Below are positions 1 to 8,587 of a stretch of 64,000 nucleotides of DNA, piece by piece. Positions within the stretch are counted from its first letter, which is position 1; each line of letters opens with the position of its first letter. The position numbers and the translations under genes are program-made. The DNA is from a bacterium (GTDB taxonomy: Bacteria; Krumholzibacteriota; Krumholzibacteriia; JACNKJ01): the NCBI GenBank assembly GCA_016873475.1, contig VGXI01000001.1, positions 2,079-66,078 of the forward strand, given 5' to 3'. The notes under the pieces are model-generated. The model was given only the letters and a program-made list of their open reading frames with translations, searched no databases and was not told the DNA's origin.

Positions 1-464
1 GGGCTCCAGCCGTCGACGACGATGTAGTACAGAGAACCGGCGGTCACCGCGACGGGCGAACCGCTGGCGTAGGTCAGCTCGGAGACGTAGCCCGGGCAGA
101 AGTCGTCGTTGCAGGCGATCACATTGAGGCCAGAATCCAGGACGTAGAGCTTCGTGTCATACGCAGAAGCGGCGCAGAGCGTGATCTCCAGCACGCCGTT
201 CAGGCAGGGCACGAGGGAGTAGACGACATCAGGCGCCCCGGGCAGGTTGTAGGGGCAGACCGCATCGTAGTCGTTGCCGTAGCCGATCGTGCTGCCCGAC
301 CCCGAGAAGGGCAGGACGGTGATCGGCGTGGCAGAGGCGACCGTGTCGCCGCCCTGGCGGTCGAGCGGATGGTCGACGATGGGATAGTTGTAGGGGGTCT
401 TCTCCGCGACGGCCGTCGCGGCGATCAGCAGCAGGCCGACCGTTAGCAAAGTAGCGAGTCTCAT
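1..464 (-). CDS. Secreted cysteine-rich hypothetical protein (5' part only; 3' end lies beyond the window start). N-terminus MRLATLLTVGLLLIAATAVAEKTPYNYPIVDHPL...
   Basis: ATG at about 462-464 on the minus strand, preceded by a GGAGG RBS (caatcaggaggactccATG). Clear signal peptide followed by a Cys-rich mature region; the frame stays open to the window edge. Not listed in the ORF track because it is incomplete. Confidence 0.5.
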   Translation of the reverse strand, partial: MRLATLLTVGLLLIAATAVAEKTPYNYPIVDHPLDRQGGDTVASATPITVLPFSGSGSTIGYGNDYDAVCPYNLPGAPDVVYSLVPCLNGVLEITLCAASAYDTKLYVLDSGLNVIACNDDFCPGYVSELTYASGSPVAVTAGSLYYIVVDGWS

Positions 465-767
465 GGAGTCCTCCTGATTGTCTCAGTTGTTGTTCGCCTC
501 CTGGACGGACAGATCGCTGGTCCCGATCGCCCAGCTTCGGCTCTGACTGGCTTGCGTTCCTGCCAGTGCCGACCCAATGACCGGCGTCCAAGCATGTAAG
601 AGCATAGCATCTGGATTGCTTGCTTTGGAAGCAGGAAAGCGCAGACTCGGCGCTGCCTCCCGGAGCACCCGAGCTCCCCCGAGCCCGCCTGGGGACTGGC
701 ACCTTCCCCCGTTTCTGGAGTATTGTCGCGCTCGACTCCCGAGGCCCGCCGCCGAGGTCCAATCGCG

Positions 768-1574
768 ATGCGCTGCCCCACTCGCCTGCCCGCGCTTCTC
801 CTGCTGCTCCTCCTACCGGCCGCCTCCTGCTCGGAGGAGACCGTGGGCGGCGGCGAGCCGGCGGCCGTCTGGACCGTTCGCGTGCTGGCGAGCTATCCCC
901 ACGATCCAGCGGCATTCACGCAGGGTCTCGTCATCGCCCAAGGGCAGCTCTACGAGAGCACGGGCCTGCACGGGCAGTCGACCCTGCGCCGAGTCGAGGT
1001 CGCGACGGGGGCCGTCCTCGACGGGGTCAGCCTCGACGACGCGGACTTCGGCGAGGGCCTCGCCTACCTGCCTGACGGCGACCGCCTCGCGCAGCTCACC
1101 TGGACCTCGAACCGCGGCCTCGTCTACGCGCGCGACACGCTCGAGCAGGTGGCCGAGTTCAGCTACGCGGGCGAGGGCTGGGGTCTCGCCTTTGACCCGA
1201 CTCGCCAGCGGCTGATCATGAGCGATGGCACGGCGACCCTGCGCTTCCTCGATCCGGCGAGCTTCGCCGAGCTGGGTCGCGTCGAGGTGCGCGAGGGCGG
1301 CCGGCGCGTCGGCATGCTGAACGAGCTGGAAGTCGTGGCCGGCACGCTCTACGCGAACGTGCTGCCGACGAGTCGCATCGCGCGCATCGATCCCGAGACC
1401 GGCCGCCTCGAGGCCTGGATCGACTGCAGCGCCCTGCGCCCCGCCGGCCTGCCGCCCGCCGCTGCGCTCAACGGGATCGCCTACGACCCGGCCGGGGAGC
1501 GCTTCCTGCTGACCGGAAAACTCTGGCCGACGCTCTACGCCGTCGAGTTCCTGCCGCCCAGCTCCGCGCGCTAA
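768..1574 (+). CDS. Glutaminyl-peptide cyclotransferase (glutamine cyclotransferase, beta-propeller type) lipoprotein
   Basis: Motifs FTQGL...ESTGL.G.S.L typical of bacterial/plant-type glutaminyl cyclase. Start refined to the internal ATG (M16 of track ORF 723..1574), which gives a signal peptide MRCPTRLPALLLLLLLPAASC with a lipobox. Confidence 0.7.
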   Translation: MRCPTRLPALLLLLLLPAASCSEETVGGGEPAAVWTVRVLASYPHDPAAFTQGLVIAQGQLYESTGLHGQSTLRRVEVATGAVLDGVSLDDADFGEGLAYLPDGDRLAQLTWTSNRGLVYARDTLEQVAEFSYAGEGWGLAFDPTRQRLIMSDGTATLRFLDPASFAELGRVEVREGGRRVGMLNELEVVAGTLYANVLPTSRIARIDPETGRLEAWIDCSALRPAGLPPAAALNGIAYDPAGERFLLTGKLWPTLYAVEFLPPSSAR

Positions 1575-1628
1575 GCCACGCCACGGCAAGCGCTTCCCTG
1601 CCAGTCCGGGGCGCCGGAAAAAACCGGC

Positions 1629-1660
1629 TTGACATCATATCGAAGTGATATCACACTGTT
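1629..1660 (+). promoter_or_regulatory. Promoter-like element: TTGACA -35 hexamer followed by a perfect 10-bp palindrome GTGATATCAC upstream of the SPFH operon (approximate coordinates)
   Basis: cTTGACAtcatatcgaagTGATATCACactgttatcg is an AT-rich island in GC-rich DNA, about 50-80 nt upstream of the SPFH gene start. The palindrome could be an operator. Confidence 0.35.
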
Positions 1661-1711
1661 ATCGTCCCGACCGCCGAAGGGCGGTCGCCTTACCCCAGCG
1701 AGGAGGCTTCC

Positions 1712-2590
1712 ATGTCCGCCGAACGAATCCGCGGCGCCCTTTCCGGCTACCCGATGCTGCTCGTCATGTTCGCCCTGCTGGCCGGGGCGGTCTGGAGCTT
1801 GGTCAACGCGATTCGCCTGGAGAGCTCGCCCCTGCTCCTGCTCTTCTTCCCGCTCCTCATCCTGGCCTTCCTGAGCATGGCCGGCTTCTTCGTCGTCAAT
1901 CCGAACGACGCGCGCGTGCTGGTGCTCTTCGGCACCTACAAGGGAACGGTGAAGCGGAACGGCTTCTACTGGGCGAATCCCTTCTTCACCAAGCGCAAGA
2001 TCACGCTGCGGGCGCGCAACCTGAACGGCGAGCGCATCAAGGTGAACGACGCGGCGGGCAACCCGATCGAGATCGCCGTCGTGCTCGTCTGGCAGGTTGC
2101 CGAGACCTACAAGGCCTGCTTCGAGGTCGACGACTACGAGCACTACGTCGTCGTCCAGAGCGAGGCGGCCGTGCGGCACATGGCCGGCGCCTACCCCTAC
2201 GACACCTTCAGCGACGAGGACGACCAGGGCCTGACCCTGCGCGGCGGCAAGGACGCGGTGGCCGACGTGCTCGAGCGCGAACTCGGCGAGCGCTTCGCGC
2301 GGGCCGGCATCCAGGTGATCGAGGCCCGCATCAGCCACCTGGCCTACGCGCCGGAGATCGCCGAGGCGATGCTGCGCCGGCAGCAGGCGACGGCCGTCGT
2401 CGCCGCCCGCAGCCAGATCGTCGAGGGCGCGGTGAGCATGGTGGAGATGGCCCTGGAGCGCCTGAGCGCGCGCCACATCGTCGAGCTGGACGAGGAGCGC
2501 AAGGCCGCGATGGTGAGCAACCTGATGGTGGTTCTGTGCAGCGAGAACGCCGCGGCGCCGGTCGTCAACGCCGGCTCGCTCTACCACTAG
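1712..2590 (+). CDS. SPFH/band-7 (stomatin/prohibitin-like) family membrane protein
   Basis: N-terminal TM segment followed by an SPFH domain ([18 protein letters not shown]...[10 protein letters not shown]...). GAGGAGG RBS 7 nt upstream. Confidence 0.8.
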   Translation: MSAERIRGALSGYPMLLVMFALLAGAVWSLVNAIRLESSPLLLLFFPLLILAFLSMAGFFVVNPNDARVLVLFGTYKGTVKRNGFYWANPFFTKRKITLRARNLNGERIKVNDAAGNPIEIAVVLVWQVAETYKACFEVDDYEHYVVVQSEAAVRHMAGAYPYDTFSDEDDQGLTLRGGKDAVADVLERELGERFARAGIQVIEARISHLAYAPEIAEAMLRRQQATAVVAARSQIVEGAVSMVEMALERLSARHIVELDEERKAAMVSNLMVVLCSENAAAPVVNAGSLYH

Positions 2591-2597
2591 GAGCGCC

Positions 2598-2789
2598 GTG
2601 CCCCCCCGCAAGAACTTTCTCTTGCGCATTCCCGAGCCGCTGTGGGAGGACCTCCAGCGCTGGGCCGCCGACGAGCTGCGCAGCGTGAACGCCCAGATCG
2701 AGTTCCTCCTGCAGCGGGCGGTGGCGGAGCGCCGGGGCGGCGCGGCGCCGCCGGCCGAGAGCGACCCGCGAGGCCCGCAGGCCCGATGA
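2598..2789 (+). CDS. Arc/MetJ-type ribbon-helix-helix DNA-binding protein
   Basis: LLRIPEPLWEDLQRWAADELRSVNAQIEFLLQRAV matches the Arc-type RHH pattern. 63 aa; its stop overlaps the next start (ATGA). Confidence 0.6.
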   Translation: MPPRKNFLLRIPEPLWEDLQRWAADELRSVNAQIEFLLQRAVAERRGGAAPPAESDPRGPQAR

Positions 2790-3493
2790 CGCCCAGCCTG
2801 CTCGCGACCCGCGATCTCGCGCGCCACTACCGGCGCGGCCCGCAGACGGTGCGCGCACTGGACGGCGTCAGTTTCGAGCTGGCGCGCGGCGAGTTCCTCG
2901 CCGTGCTCGGCGCCTCGGGCTCGGGCAAGTCGACGCTGCTCAATCTGCTCGCCGGACTCGACACGCCCAGCGCCGGCGAGATTGCGCTCGAGGGCCGCCG
3001 TTTGGACGGGCTCTCGCGCCGCGAGCTGGCTGCCTACCGGTCCGAGCGCGTGGGGATGATCTTCCAGGCCTTCAACCTGCTGCCCCAGTACACGGCGCTC
3101 GAGAACGTCGCGCTCGCCCTCCTCTTCGGCCGCCGCGCCGCCCGCGAGCGGCGCGCCGCCGCGGGGGCGATGCTCGAGCGCCTGGGCCTCGGCGATCGCC
3201 TCGAGCACCGCCCCGGCGATCTCTCGGGCGGCGAGCAGCAGCGCGTGGCCGTGGCGCGCGCGCTCGTCAAGCGGCCGGAGATCCTCTTCGCCGACGAGCC
3301 GACCGGCAATCTCGACCGCGAGAACAGCGAACAGCTCGGCCGGCTGCTGGGCGAACTGGTGGCCGGGGGGCAGACCCTCGTCCTCGTCACGCACGACCGC
3401 GCGCTGGCCGAGCGCCTCGCCCAGCGATTGCTGCGGCTGGACTACGGCCGCATCGCCGAGGTCTGGCAGCCCGTCCGCGAGGCGAGGCCATGA
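2786..3493 (+). CDS. ABC transporter ATP-binding protein (MacB/LolD/FtsE-like)
   Basis: Walker A GASGSGKST, Q-loop, signature LSGGEQQR, Walker B ILFADEPTGNLD. Start refined to the ATG overlapping the upstream stop (M49 of the track ORF); the track's N-terminal extension is Gly/Arg/Pro low-complexity. Confidence 0.85.
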   Translation: MTPSLLATRDLARHYRRGPQTVRALDGVSFELARGEFLAVLGASGSGKSTLLNLLAGLDTPSAGEIALEGRRLDGLSRRELAAYRSERVGMIFQAFNLLPQYTALENVALALLFGRRAARERRAAAGAMLERLGLGDRLEHRPGDLSGGEQQRVAVARALVKRPEILFADEPTGNLDRENSEQLGRLLGELVAGGQTLVLVTHDRALAERLAQRLLRLDYGRIAEVWQPVREARP

Positions 3494-4941
3494 CCCTCGG
3501 CGATGCGCTCGGCATGGCTGCCGGCAACCTGCGCCGCCTGAAGTTGCGTGCGGGGCTGACGATGGCCGGTGTCGTCATCGCCGTGGGGGCGATGGTGGCG
3601 ATGCTCTCCTTCGGGGCGGGCAACCACCGCTTGGGGGCGAGTCAGGCCGAGCGCCTCGGCCTTCTGAACACGGTGCAGGTCACGCCGAGCAGCCCGCGGG
3701 ACAGCCTGCAATCGCCGCCCCTGGACGCGGCCGCCCTCGCCCGCCTCGCGGCCCTCCCCGGCGTGCGGCTTGCCTATCCGCTGGACGCCTTCACGCTCAC
3801 GCTCGCGCGGGGCGAGGGCGCCCTGCCGATCGAAGCGCAGGCGCTGCCGGAGGCCGCGCTCGCGACGCGCCTCTTCTCCCAGCTGCGCGCCGGCGAGGCC
3901 CTGCGGGGCGTGCCGGGCGAGGTCCTCGTCACGGACGCCTTCCTGAGCGCCCTCGACCTGCCCTTCGGCGAGGCCACCGCCGTGGTCGGGGACAGCCTCT
4001 TCGTGAGCCTCACCGTGGCGAGCGTGGACAGCGGCCTCGCGCAGGCGCTGGCGAGCGGGGAGGGCGGCCTCTTCGGCCTCGCCGCCCGGCTGCCTGCAGA
4101 CAGCCTCCGCGATTCCGCCGCGCGGCGCCGCCTGCTGAGCCGCGAGTTGGGCGCCGCGGCCGGCCGCTTCGTTGGCGGCTACCTGGCGGGGACTGTCCTG
4201 CGCGACACCCTCGTCGTGCGCGGCGTCCTGGAGGGCACGCAGTCCAACCGGCTGCGCGTGAAGCCGATCCTCCTGCAGCCAGCCGACGCCCTCCGCTTCA
4301 ACGCCGCCGGCCCGCCCGCCAATCCGCTCGCGCTCGTCACCGCGCTGCAGTCGGGCCAGCTCTTCGCCGCCAGGCCGGACACGGGACGCGGCTATCCCGC
4401 CGTCACCCTGGACCTCGATCCCTACGCGCCCTACGCGGTCGTGCGCGACAGCCTGCGCGCCATGGGCTACCAAGTCTTCAGCTACGCAGACCAGCTCGCC
4501 GACATCCGGCGCGCCTTCGTGATCTTCGACCTTGGGCTGCTCGCCATCGCGCTCGTCGCCCTCGTCACGGCGGCGCTCGGCGTCGTCAACACGCTGCTGA
4601 TGGCGATCAGCGAGCGGCGCCGCGAGATCGGCGTGCTCAAGGCCCTCGGCGCGGACGAGCGCGAGATTCGCTGGCTCTTCCTCGTCGAGTCCGGGCTGAT
4701 GGGCCTGATCGGCTCGATCGGCGGCATCCTGCTGGGCTGGCTGGTGGCGCGCGGCGCCTCGGCCGCGGCCAAGCTCATCATGCAGCGCCAGGGCCTGCCA
4801 CCGCTGGAGCTCTTCGCCACCCCGCTCTGGCTGGTCGCGGGCGCGCTCGCCTTTGGCCTCGCGATCAGCCTCGTTGCCGGCCTGATGCCCGCCGCCCGCG
4901 CCGCCCGCGTGGATGCGGTCGAGGCCCTGCGCGGCGAGTGA
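3490..4941 (+). CDS. ABC transporter permease, FtsX/MacB family
   Basis: N-terminal TM, large periplasmic domain, C-terminal FtsX-like 3-TM bundle (ISERRREIGVLKALGA...). 4-nt overlap with the ATPase gene. Confidence 0.8.
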   Translation: MTLGDALGMAAGNLRRLKLRAGLTMAGVVIAVGAMVAMLSFGAGNHRLGASQAERLGLLNTVQVTPSSPRDSLQSPPLDAAALARLAALPGVRLAYPLDAFTLTLARGEGALPIEAQALPEAALATRLFSQLRAGEALRGVPGEVLVTDAFLSALDLPFGEATAVVGDSLFVSLTVASVDSGLAQALASGEGGLFGLAARLPADSLRDSAARRRLLSRELGAAAGRFVGGYLAGTVLRDTLVVRGVLEGTQSNRLRVKPILLQPADALRFNAAGPPANPLALVTALQSGQLFAARPDTGRGYPAVTLDLDPYAPYAVVRDSLRAMGYQVFSYADQLADIRRAFVIFDLGLLAIALVALVTAALGVVNTLLMAISERRREIGVLKALGADEREIRWLFLVESGLMGLIGSIGGILLGWLVARGASAAAKLIMQRQGLPPLELFATPLWLVAGALAFGLAISLVAGLMPAARAARVDAVEALRGE

Positions 4942-4980
4942 CGGCGCCTGCCGGCCTGGATCCGGGCGAGCCGGCCTGCC

Positions 4981-6366
4981 CTAGCGCTGGCGCGGCGCCA
5001 CCAGCGCGTGCGTCAGTTCGCGCCGCGGCGAGGCGAGGCGCAGGCTCCGGTAGAAGTCCGCGCGCTCGAGCAGCTCGCCCGCGGCGATCAGTGCCAGCAT
5101 GAGCGGCGCCGCCGGCGGGCGGCCTGCGGCGAGCAGCGCTGCGGGCGCGAGGATCCCCAGCCCCACGCGGGCGAGCGCGAGGGGCGCCCAAGGCCGCGGC
5201 TCGCCGGCCCGGCGGGCGATCCAGAAGACGAGCTTGATCGCGAGCAGTGCGGCCAGCGGCCAGGCCCAGCCGCGCAGCGCCGCGGTGTAGACGAGCGCCG
5301 TCGGCAAGGCCTCGGCGCCATGCAGGCCGCCGAGGCCGCGCCGCGGCAGCGCGACGTCGTAGAGCCGGTCCATCGCGTACAGCGCGGCCAGTCCCGCGAG
5401 GGCCCCCGCGAGGCCGATCGCGTAGGGCGCCTCGGGCAGGAAGGCGAGCGGCAGCGCGCCGGCGAGGGCGACGAAGAGCGCGAAGGCGAGGATCTCGCGG
5501 CTGAGCCAGGAGTGCCCGCTGCCGGCCAGCGCGCGCCAGGCGCGCAGGGGGCGGCCGAGGTGCGCGGCGCTGAGCGCCATGGCCAGCAGGCCCCCGATCA
5601 GGATCGGCCACGGCCGATCGAGCCGGCAGGGCGGCAGCGTGTCCAGCTTGAGCGCCACCAGGAAGGGCGCCGCCCAGGTGAAGAGGACCAGCGGCCACTC
5701 CTCGCGCAGGGAGAGGCTGCGGCCGCCGTCCTCGGGTGGCCCGGGCGGCGCGGCGAAGGCGCCGCCGGGAGGCGGCGGCAGATCCGGGAGCGGGCCATGG
5801 GCGCCGGGGCGCAAGGGAATCAGACGCAGCCGCGGACCCGCCGCTGAGGGGGGGAAGCCGGTGAGAGCCGCCACGGCGCCGCCCCCTGCGATCTCGGCCA
5901 GCGGACCCGCCGCGAGGGCGCCCGTGGGGCAGCTCGTCACGCAGGCCGGAGCGCGACCCTCGCCGAGGCGTGGCGCGCAGAGCGTGCACTTGCCCATCGT
6001 GCGCGTTCTGGTGTCGAAGCGCGGCGCGTCGAAGGGGCAGGCCCAGCTGCAGTAGCGGCAGCCGATGCAGCGCTCCGCTTGGATGAGCAGGGCGCCCGTC
6101 GCCGCGTCGCGGCGGTAGGCGTTCGCCGGGCAGGCCGTCGCACAGGGCGACTCGTCGCAGTGATTGCAGGCCAACGAGAGATGGAAGGCCGGCAGGCCGG
6201 CGAGGCCTTCGGGGTTGAAGTCTTCCACGCGCCGCCAGGCGCCCTGCGCCGGCAGCTCGTTCTCGAGAATGCAGGCCAGGGCGCAGGCCTGGCAGCCCGT
6301 GCAGCGATTGAGGTCGAGGCGGAAGCCGGTCTGAGGGGCGCCAGGCGGGTGCGCGCGCGTGTTCAT
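4981..6366 (-). CDS. Fused 4x[4Fe-4S] ferredoxin (DmsB/PsrB/NrfC-like) and DmsC-like membrane anchor subunit
   Basis: Four Cys clusters (CTGCQACALAC; CNHCDESPCATACP; CIGCRYCSWACP; CTLCAPRLGEGRAPACVTSCP) followed by about 250 aa of multi-TM hydrophobic region. The true start MNTRAHPP overlaps the upstream stop (ATGA). The track's 720-aa version has a junk low-complexity N-terminus. Confidence 0.75.
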   Translation of the reverse strand: MNTRAHPPGAPQTGFRLDLNRCTGCQACALACILENELPAQGAWRRVEDFNPEGLAGLPAFHLSLACNHCDESPCATACPANAYRRDAATGALLIQAERCIGCRYCSWACPFDAPRFDTRTRTMGKCTLCAPRLGEGRAPACVTSCPTGALAAGPLAEIAGGGAVAALTGFPPSAAGPRLRLIPLRPGAHGPLPDLPPPPGGAFAAPPGPPEDGGRSLSLREEWPLVLFTWAAPFLVALKLDTLPPCRLDRPWPILIGGLLAMALSAAHLGRPLRAWRALAGSGHSWLSREILAFALFVALAGALPLAFLPEAPYAIGLAGALAGLAALYAMDRLYDVALPRRGLGGLHGAEALPTALVYTAALRGWAWPLAALLAIKLVFWIARRAGEPRPWAPLALARVGLGILAPAALLAAGRPPAAPLMLALIAAGELLERADFYRSLRLASPRRELTHALVAPRQR

Positions 6367-8429
6367 CGCCGAGCCCGCTCCACCTGCACGCGGTTCTCGT
6401 GGAAGGCGGCGCCGTGGCCGAGGTCCGTCTCGCGGCCGGCCGAGAGCAGGTTGACGCCGCCGCCCTCGGCGCGCTGCCAGCCGTTGTGGGCGAGCACGCT
6501 GCCGGCGAGCAGGCGCGCGTCCAGGTGCGCGGCGAGCGTCAGCGTGCCGCGGGCGTTGAAGACGCGCACCGCGTCGCCCTCCTCGATGCCGCGCGCGGCG
6601 GCGTCGGCGGGAGCGAGGTGCAGGCGCGGCGCCGGATCCAGGGCGCGGATCAGCGCGAGCTGCCCGAACTGCGAGTGGATGCGGTTCTTCGTGTTGGGCG
6701 TCATGAGGAGCAGCGGGTAGTCGCGTGCGGTTGCGGCGTCCGCGCCCGCCTCGGGACCGGCGAGATGCTGCGGCAGCGGATCGACGCCCCAGCGCCGCGC
6801 CGCCTCTTCCGAGTAGAGCTCGACGCGGCCGGAGGGCGTGGGGAAGCGGCGGTCCGCGAAGGCCACCTCGGCGAACTCGGGCGAGAGCACGGGTCCCGCC
6901 TTGAGATCCGCCAGCTCGAGACCGGGGAAGGGAGCGAGGCGGCGCGCGAGCCAGGCGTCCACGTCCGCTTCGTCCGGGATCTCGGCGTCGACCGCGGCCT
7001 GCGGCAGATCCAGGCGCGCGGCGAGTTGGCGGTAGATCCAGGTCTCGGGCCGCGCCTCGCCGGGCGGCGCGAGCAGCTTGGGCCGGTACTGGAGGTAGGG
7101 GTGCCAGTAGGCGCCGATCACGTCCGCCTGTTCGAGGAAGCACTTCGCGGGCAACACGAGGTCGGCCTCGCGCGCGGTGTCCGTGAGCGTCTCCTCGACG
7201 ACGACGCGGAAGTCGAGGGCGCGAAAGGCGGCCAGCACGCGGTTCGTGTCGGGGTTCTGGCTGAGCGGATTGCCGCGCTCCACCCAGGCGAAGCGCAGCG
7301 GCGGCTCGCGCTGCGCGAGCATGTCCTCGCCCAGGCGCGCGGTGGAGACGCTCACGCGCAGCGGCCCGTCTTCACCGCTCGGGGGCGGGTAGGCGGCCTC
7401 GGGATCCTTCGTCCCGAAGATGTTCGCCTGGAGATTGGCGAACTGCCAGCCGCCGCCGGCGAGGCCGAGGTTGCCGGTGATCGCCGGCAGGGCGATCAGC
7501 GCGCGCATCGCCTGGCCGCTGTGGGCATAGCGCTGCATGCCGAAGCCCGCGATCAGGGTCGCGGGCCGCCGCGCCATGAAGCGCTCGGCGAGGGCCGCGA
7601 TCTCGGCCTCGCCGAGGCCGCAGGTCCGCGCCGCGCGGGCGAGTGGCCACTCGGCGGCGCGCGCGGCGAAGGGCGCGAAGCCGAGCACGTGCCGGTCGAT
7701 GAACTCGCGATCGACGGCGCCGCGCTCGATGAGCCGATTCGCCACGGCGAGGGCGAGCGCGCCGTCCGTGCCAGGCCGCGGCCTGAGGCAGAGGTCGGCG
7801 CGGTCGGCGGTCTCCGTGCGCCGTGGGTCGATGACCACCAATTCGGCGCCCCGCTCGCGCGCCGCGGCGACGAAGCCCATCTGGTGTACGTTCGTCTCGG
7901 CGGCGTTCTTGCCCCACAGAACGATCAGCCGCGCGTTGACCAGGTCCCAGGGCGCGCTGTGCGTGTTGGCGCCGAGGGTCAAGCGGCTGGCCTCCAGGCC
8001 CGACATCCAGCAGAGGTCGCCGTAGGTCACCGTGGCGCCGCCGAAGAGGCGCCAGAAGGCAAGGCCGGCGCCGTTCAGCAAGCCCTTCGTGCCGCTGGCC
8101 GTGTAGTAGAGAAGGCTCCGCGGACCGGGCGAGCGGCGCAGCGCAGCGAGGCGCTCGGCCAGCTCGTCGAGGGCCGCCTCCCAGGCGATGGGGACGAAGC
8201 TGCCGTCGCGCTGGCGGCGCAGCGGCCGGCGCAGGCGATCGGGGGAGTGCACGCGCTCGACGTAGGCGAGGCCCTTGAGGCAGGGTCCCTCGGCCGTGGC
8301 GCGATTGGCGGCCAGCGGCTCGACGGCGCGCAAGCGGCCGTCCTCGATGCGCAGCGAGAGGCCGCAGGTGCTGTAGCAATTGCGCGGACAGGCGCTGATC
8401 GCGGCGGGCGCTGCGGGCGGCTCGGCCAC
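6363..8429 (-). CDS. Molybdopterin (Mo-bisPGD) oxidoreductase catalytic subunit, DMSO-reductase family, with no recognisable Tat signal
   Basis: N-terminal CX2CX3C...C FeS motif (CPRNCYSTCG...C) followed by molybdopterin oxidoreductase and MopB C-terminal domains. The likely start is a GTG at 8429 preceded by GAGGAGGA. The region upstream of it in the track ORF (to 8699) is Arg/Gly-rich junk, and no RRxFLK motif is present. Confidence 0.7.
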   Translation of the reverse strand: MAEPPAAPAAISACPRNCYSTCGLSLRIEDGRLRAVEPLAANRATAEGPCLKGLAYVERVHSPDRLRRPLRRQRDGSFVPIAWEAALDELAERLAALRRSPGPRSLLYYTASGTKGLLNGAGLAFWRLFGGATVTYGDLCWMSGLEASRLTLGANTHSAPWDLVNARLIVLWGKNAAETNVHQMGFVAAARERGAELVVIDPRRTETADRADLCLRPRPGTDGALALAVANRLIERGAVDREFIDRHVLGFAPFAARAAEWPLARAARTCGLGEAEIAALAERFMARRPATLIAGFGMQRYAHSGQAMRALIALPAITGNLGLAGGGWQFANLQANIFGTKDPEAAYPPPSGEDGPLRVSVSTARLGEDMLAQREPPLRFAWVERGNPLSQNPDTNRVLAAFRALDFRVVVEETLTDTAREADLVLPAKCFLEQADVIGAYWHPYLQYRPKLLAPPGEARPETWIYRQLAARLDLPQAAVDAEIPDEADVDAWLARRLAPFPGLELADLKAGPVLSPEFAEVAFADRRFPTPSGRVELYSEEAARRWGVDPLPQHLAGPEAGADAATARDYPLLLMTPNTKNRIHSQFGQLALIRALDPAPRLHLAPADAAARGIEEGDAVRVFNARGTLTLAAHLDARLLAGSVLAHNGWQRAEGGGVNLLSAGRETDLGHGAAFHENRVQVERARR

Positions 8430-8587
8430 GGGGTCCTCCTCGAGGTCGGGCGGGGGTGCCGGGCAGTATGCCCAGCCGCCGCGCCCCCCGCAATGCCGGC
8501 TTCGCCGTTGCCTGTGGCGGCCGCGGGCCCTACACTGGAGCGGCCCTGCGGAATCGGTCTCGGATTCCCGATCCCCATGGAGTGAGA

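Noticed and set aside
229-915. Track ORFs 229..915(-), 461..781(-), 577..1215(+) and 620..1075(+) in the first kilobase
   Set aside because: These are low-complexity translations that overlap the real partial secreted-protein gene (1..464, a different frame) and the glutaminyl cyclase gene. No RBS or domain support.
6367-7143. N-terminal 257-aa extension of the FeS/anchor ORF (track start 7143), and the 8430..8699 extension of the Mo-enzyme ORF
   Set aside because: The extensions are Arg/Gly/Pro low-complexity with no RBS. The conserved N-termini (MNTRAHPP... with the first Cys cluster; VAEPPAAPAAISACPRNCYSTCG with the FeS motif) begin at ATGA-coupled or RBS-supported internal starts.
8430-8587. 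Cobalamin riboswitch in the leader of the TonB-dependent receptor
   Set aside because: The context (CarH-like neighbour) makes this tempting, and there is a GGTGCC...ACACTGG stretch. However, I could not find a convincing B12-box (GCCACTG...GGGAAGGC) or the conserved core, and the region is only about 150 nt, overlapping the divergent gene start. Needs an Infernal scan, so I have not called it.
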